Below are positions 60,801 through 64,000 of a stretch of DNA of 64,000 nucleotides, in pieces (within the stretch, counting starts at the first letter, position 1; the number at the start of each line of letters is the position of its first letter). The notes under the pieces were generated by a model. It saw only the letters and a program-made list of their open reading frames with translations, did not search any database and was not told where the DNA came from. The stretch spans positions 620,001-684,000 of the forward strand of contig LSRY02000016.1 of assembly GCA_001643675.2 (NCBI GenBank), read 5' to 3'. The position numbers and the translations under genes are program-made. This DNA comes from Monocercomonoides exilis PA203. Taxonomy: Eukaryota; Protista; Preaxostyla.

Positions 60801-63103
60801 ATGGAAATTGGAATGTTTCTCTAATCCATTCATCCTTCTCAAATATCACATCCTCTGCAGCAGATTCATCTCTTTTCAGTGCAGACAAATTATCTGGCAA
60901 AGTGCATTTGAGCAACTGTTCACTTTCACAGAGCACAACTCAATCCAGCAATCCCACTGTTGCATCATTCAAATCGTGCTCTGAGATTACAGTTGATTTG
61001 TGCGCTTTCATGGGCAAACAACAAGAACCACTTGCTTCTATTGAAACGGGTTCAGGTGCAATCTGCAGATGGAACGAATCGTTGGTGGAACTGTCAGGCA
61101 GTGTTGCTATCATCAGGGATACGACAATGGGAAATGCATCGCAGGGTGCTTTGGGTGTGAGAGGTGGAGTTGTGAGGATTGAAGAAGGAAAATTTTTTGA
61201 TAACAATCCGAGAATCGAAGGATATCCATCTGTGAGAAGAAACATTGTTTGCGAGGGAAATGGTTCACTTTCGTTGACCAGTCTGAAAGGAGGAGATGGA
61301 TGGAAGGACAATTCATCGCTGTGGATTCTGGATGATGGGTGCCAGCTGTCAGGGCTGAGCGATAACAGATCATCAGAGCTGTTCATTCCTTCGCTGGAGA
61401 GTGTGGAGACAGAACAAAAGGGGGAATTCACAACACTGCACTTCAAGGGATTGCTCCTTCTCCCCTGCAATCTGTCGTTCTCTGTGATTGTGGCTGTTGG
61501 AGAAGAAGAGGCTGTTGAGCCACACTCCTTTGAAAGAGAGGGATTTATATCAGAAGAGGCAGTTGTTGCAGACATTTCATCAGCTATTATTGAGCAATCA
61601 TCTGATGAATCCGAGGTGTCTGTAGCAATACAATTTGGAAGAATCGACTCACTCTCATCAACAGATCGAATTATTCTCAAAAACAAAAGTGAATCTGGTT
61701 CAAAAGGAGATGAAAGAATTGTTGAAGGTGGGAATGAAGGAAAATCTTATTGGCTGTTGATTGTTATTATTATGGCTGTTGTTCTATTGATTGTTCTGAT
61801 TGGATTTGTGATATTCATTGTTCGATGGAGAAAACAGAAGAGAAGAACGGAAGAATTGGAGATGATTGTGGAAGACACAGTGAAAAAGGATCCGAAAGCG
61901 TTTGAGATGGTGACGATGGAGATGTCACCTGAGGAGCAGTGGCGAAGAGCAGAGAGGGAGGCAGAGAAGAAGAATGAAGAGAGGATAAAGAAAAGGGTGT
62001 ATGAGAATAGCTTGGGACACTCAGAGTCATCAGAGCATTTGCTGAGTGAGAGTGGCTCGACAGAATATATCTTGGGAAAAGACTCGGACAAGATTCCTCA
62101 ATGGATGCTGGAAAAAGTTGAAGAAGAAGAGACAAGGAAAAGAACTCCATCACCATCCATCTCATCCACTTCCACCACTTCAACGACTGATTCTGATTCA
62201 ACATTTGTTCGAGGGGAGGAACTGTGCCCTACCACCTCATCGATGTCGAATCTGGTGGATGCAATGGCCTGTTCGTCTCCTCATGAGAAGCTGATCGTTG
62301 ACTTGAGGGATTCTCTGTTTATGTTGCTTCATGGAAGGAATGAGAAGAAAGAAATGGCGATTGGTTCATTGAAGGAGAGGGAGCAAACAGCTGCTCAAAT
62401 CCTGTTCTGGGTGGCTAATCTTGCACTCCACTCCTTTGATGAAATGAAAAACCCTCTTCAATCTTTGGTCAATCTCAGTCCTCACATTGTGCTGTTTTCT
62501 GAGCATATGGTGATCTGCGTTGTGATGCACTCTGACTTTTCGTCTGATGATTCAGAGTCATCGTCGATCTCTTCATCAACAGTTGTAACATCTGCCAGTG
62601 ATGATGATGATGATGATGATGATAGAGATTCTCTTCCATCTTCAGCTTTTGAGGATGAAGATGAATTCCAAAAAGAGTGTCTGAGGTGGAAGGCGCCCGA
62701 GCTTCTGATCAACAAGAAGCTGGGAGCAACAAAGGAATCGGTTGTATTTTCAATTGGGATGATGTTGTGGGAGTGTCTGACACTGAATATTCCGTTTGGA
62801 GAATATGAGGCAGAGATGGCTGGGCAGAAGATCCAACGAGGAGAAACGCCAAATCTTGATGGAATCAACGCATCATCTCCCTTCTTCGGCCAATTGATCT
62901 CTGCGTCGATTTCGTCCCATTCATCGCAGCGTCCGAACCTCACCGATATGAAGCGCTGTCTTATTGGGCATTTTCCACCAGGAGCAGCAATATTGACAGT
63001 TTCAGATGCAATTGATCTTCAATATGCTTCAAATGGGAACGAAGAAGGTGGCTCGTCTTGCATTGGAAATGGAAGCGAAAGTGTGGAAAACATTTTGTCC
63101 TGA
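54878..63103 (+). CDS. Intronless 2,741-aa single-pass receptor: signal peptide, Cys/Gly-rich beta-helix (pectin-lyase/Pmp-like) ectodomain, TM, degenerate TKL-like kinase C-lobe
   Basis: N-terminal hydrophobic stretch; GGAI/GGAM and FxxN-like motifs; four D-x3-CG-x4/5-(P/A)C modules; TM WLLIVIIMAVVLLIVLIGFVIFIV at ~61751-61822 followed by RWRKQKRR; SLFMLLH, LRWKAPE, VFSIGMMLWECLT..IPF and RP kinase motifs. Confidence 0.88.
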   Translation: MNSIFPCVAVALLLQYCCCAAPPCEINHSSSDSRSSMSKMSSSLFDSFPDLLSENRKFEHNNKYSCFNGIIREINSSLEISSLCCALPPSCSQFVLSQNSYLALHGCCVVCCRTESKSPIMCVSGCMLLSNISMRSSDAPKALPSLVSSLPESFSLFSQNMLEIDQSIFGSFVLSSHPFCSSLSLISVRIGHSSFSNISSLAKPEPSKPDESILFHLSTKMRCCSFEAVSDAIDGGIVQSMNELRHSLNLFNTSFRACARTPRPNEAQHGTQENPINVSSRIGLPDGNHEFEWCEWIDLPTSSVDGGAISCTVSSANVSIHNCLFQNCSSNSDGGAMYFHPIAVTNITETDFIGCQAGTYGGAIHQYQNPDVNQIVYFFKCNFRNCSINGGYGTAIYSGFSLFPASGAIEISHCEFDGNCGNDAFGSISFASPPTSKPGAISVNNCKFQKNILTSTSSTRGGAAIAFNPSKSWMSGFQFISNCLFDGNTAANGRGNDVLFYGGDVIESPFSNCFSTTKEKRIWNNNTADNQTVNDWITYYCEKFVKSDGTDKNKCGVTEADACKTLEYAVGQADANSELKVILLPSSFSPSSCIDIGTKHIEMNGNDKATCIVQTNMLSSGALVSLFSISHGSLSVSSFSIVHNSPQSPSPSLFTLTQQEATLTISDLTITGSSSAVIFSSSLFMVLFGSISVSSSNISSVTLASAPLFHFGTPSDVVNITSTGMSDVTRSDGGAALVADSDGSLSLSVSGCEFVRCGCRKSADGGSHLLRIVNGNSMEIDGCTFTECFAGSEGGKGGALHANVEMGEGGGGKMIVSESRFEGCECSEESGRGGAIYVQLKGSAEAFRLTQPMFGGNKAKWGKDVFIAAGHIDEEDVRNWLDWSLTEAELGCLDDIEGVEIEAAYGDVVLPLVVYLWENFTGPVHVGGSRAADFGACGFAEAPCSSIGQGLALRFSLAESGEIQLHAPFVLSEEVTVPEGEWRVGCGEELKVGIDVSVSSEISQEGVIVSGSSFSIEKIVMNVKSIHSEIEYLMMCIGGVLRVSSCEVDLREGTRGVGLVAGRGGEVEIEDVKMSGNGLECGISVISFKGGNGGGWLKMIRCNISGININGVAESGSGVEWMNGELLEMSECNLSGIVSESGNGGGVRVVIEKTGTKAGNDESEPMVKLSGCVFNGCCVEGEGRMGGGVCVECVEYGNAADADADADIVIEGCRFKGCEAPTSGAGGGYGGGVMIGLEEGGDGFVVRDPDFGEGGSKPNKAKYGSNMFVQSAELRCSITNTTLPFMDGMRGEEGIEEQFMGYDGSDRANAIPLVYFFEEIGAEVHVGSGGADTVVCGFERHPCRSLHHTVTRLEGGEGKRIIVSGESEVGSEMDVSGVDVRCASGSSTCVVRCLKDIGGNTGIVIVNTKRCVIQGIVFAVPCSFGNGDKRLIASQGVEGVLEVEESSFGMDEGESGSIEFVMITVNEGTLLCARLSMQSISTSCPLICLENSGTINMSSSNWSDVVCEGCSALGVEVVLSEDPEMGMSSTKMAHDKSNNNMLANIGVNECAFSRVEQKNGNAPGLLRGATITGLTLRVNNTTLEGCGSSSSERGGAVLFELGNGGSVTWEDCQASECFAKSSGRGGVIFLDCSSSTQAPLPFCFSNIDFSANTALRGRDVYVRCTNIDTQINETQFDLDFGTSYNRTFAIWGCTMQTFEDEEDLLLKMLPFMDYVVFASSTAPEASDSIHCGSSSAPCESVNVGLRHVISSSFSSLYIFYDSLIAGPASARDVAIRSADRVEVATVHLDQPANGAEDEGIIECTLRVEIELITFEFGAHFSSSVPSLLHVKSGSLVLSRAMFSAQNMFNAQSASNEQTLQLSMVRVAQGSLSIIQSRIAAMRIALPFLLIREANAVNVSHLDVSEVFFTGNVMELHNASEVHMESARLENVVANGSCVIVDDCVNVGVKEFECSDTQANGSVYKIHSTNPILNSNGNWNVSLIHSSFSNITSSAADSSLFSADKLSGKVHLSNCSLSQSTTQSSNPTVASFKSCSEITVDLCAFMGKQQEPLASIETGSGAICRWNESLVELSGSVAIIRDTTMGNASQGALGVRGGVVRIEEGKFFDNNPRIEGYPSVRRNIVCEGNGSLSLTSLKGGDGWKDNSSLWILDDGCQLSGLSDNRSSELFIPSLESVETEQKGEFTTLHFKGLLLLPCNLSFSVIVAVGEEEAVEPHSFEREGFISEEAVVADISSAIIEQSSDESEVSVAIQFGRIDSLSSTDRIILKNKSESGSKGDERIVEGGNEGKSYWLLIVIIMAVVLLIVLIGFVIFIVRWRKQKRRTEELEMIVEDTVKKDPKAFEMVTMEMSPEEQWRRAEREAEKKNEERIKKRVYENSLGHSESSEHLLSESGSTEYILGKDSDKIPQWMLEKVEEEETRKRTPSPSISSTSTTSTTDSDSTFVRGEELCPTTSSMSNLVDAMACSSPHEKLIVDLRDSLFMLLHGRNEKKEMAIGSLKEREQTAAQILFWVANLALHSFDEMKNPLQSLVNLSPHIVLFSEHMVICVVMHSDFSSDDSESSSISSSTVVTSASDDDDDDDDRDSLPSSAFEDEDEFQKECLRWKAPELLINKKLGATKESVVFSIGMMLWECLTLNIPFGEYEAEMAGQKIQRGETPNLDGINASSPFFGQLISASISSHSSQRPNLTDMKRCLIGHFPPGAAILTVSDAIDLQYASNGNEEGGSSCIGNGSESVENILS

Positions 63104-64000
63104 TGATGACGATGATGATGGAACTGATTGTGCTTCCTTTTTGTTTCGATGCGCTTGTTCGAATAAGAAAGAGAATTTTTGTCAATTTGATTTCTGACTT
63201 TTTTTTTTCATTTTTTGAAAATTCTGACAATTTGAAACTTTGTAGGCCTCTGTTTGTTGTTTGCTTGCTTATCAACATGCTGCTTGCAATTTTTTGGAGA
63301 TTTGTGGTGCAATGCCAGTTTCCCTGTTAATTTGCAAGACATGTGCGTGCAGACAAAATATATGATATTTCAAATTTCTGTATTTTGAACACCAAATATT
63401 CGATTTCTTTCTTCGAATGATTGCGAATTCCGAAAGAATATTGCACTGAAGAATTCATTTTCAGTAATGTCTCTCCTTTTAAAGATTCACTTTTCATTTT
63501 TCAACATCTTTTCTTTTTTTTCATCCAGTCACATTTGTTATATCTTTATTTTATCAATATTTATACATTCAAATTTAATTGAGATTGAACAATTAGGTTC
63601 AAATGTTGAATTTTTATTTGTCATGTTATGTTTTCAATTCACTGACAACTTTGTTATTCCGATTTGCAATGCATTTTTTAATGAATTTATTATCAGAGAA
63701 AACTGTACAAACATTTAATTTTCTTTCTTTTTTTAAATGGGTTATTCTTTTTGATGCAATATATCTTCAATATGAAATTTCGATTCAAACAGTTGCAAGA
63801 AATGCTTTGAGATGAATTCAATGTTTTTGTTTTCATCATTTAAAACTCTGCAATATCTCTTTTTTTATCGAAGTTGTTCTGTTTATAATTTCGATGAATA
63901 ACTGACTATGATATAGTAGTTCTTATCCACAACTGACAACAGTTCAAGGAAACGCACACCGAAAAAAGGAAAGATAAAAAAATTATCTCAAAAATCGTTT

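Noticed and set aside
55035-63330. Antisense ORFs up to ~300 aa over the receptor gene (similar ones lie over the ABCC gene)
   Set aside because: Expected from G-rich codon usage; no motifs.
1-64000. Host alternative genetic code (TAR=Gln or TGA recoding)
   Set aside because: Multi-kilobase host ORFs have no internal stops and end in TAA or TGA; in-frame stops are confined to transposases and relics.

Overview
AT-rich eukaryotic (protist) genomic DNA with short GT-AG introns and the standard genetic code. The gene families and style resemble the oxymonad Monocercomonoides; this is recognition from memory, not a database result. Intact host genes: a ~3,600-aa LRR/low-complexity protein (-), a ~3,000-aa probable EDC4/Ge-1 decapping scaffold (-), an intronless ABCC/MRP transporter (+), Exo70 (-) head-to-head with tubulin cofactor B (+), a 2,741-aa single-pass Cys/Gly-rich beta-helix receptor with a degenerate half-kinase tail (+), and the 5' part of a helical lineage-specific protein at the left edge. 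Two transposon nests stand out. (1) At 1.3-6.5 kb, a non-autonomous TIR element and a pogo-type DD35D element sit in tandem as TA-[A]-TA-[pogo]-TA. (2) At 36.3-44.0 kb, a decayed hAT element sits inside a foldback element with nearly identical 435-bp arms, followed by a second, older foldback. Each nest carries a decayed piece of the same receptor-pseudokinase family that is intact at 54.9-63.1 kb, which suggests Pack-type transposon capture of a surface-receptor repertoire. No rRNA, tRNA or CRISPR was seen.
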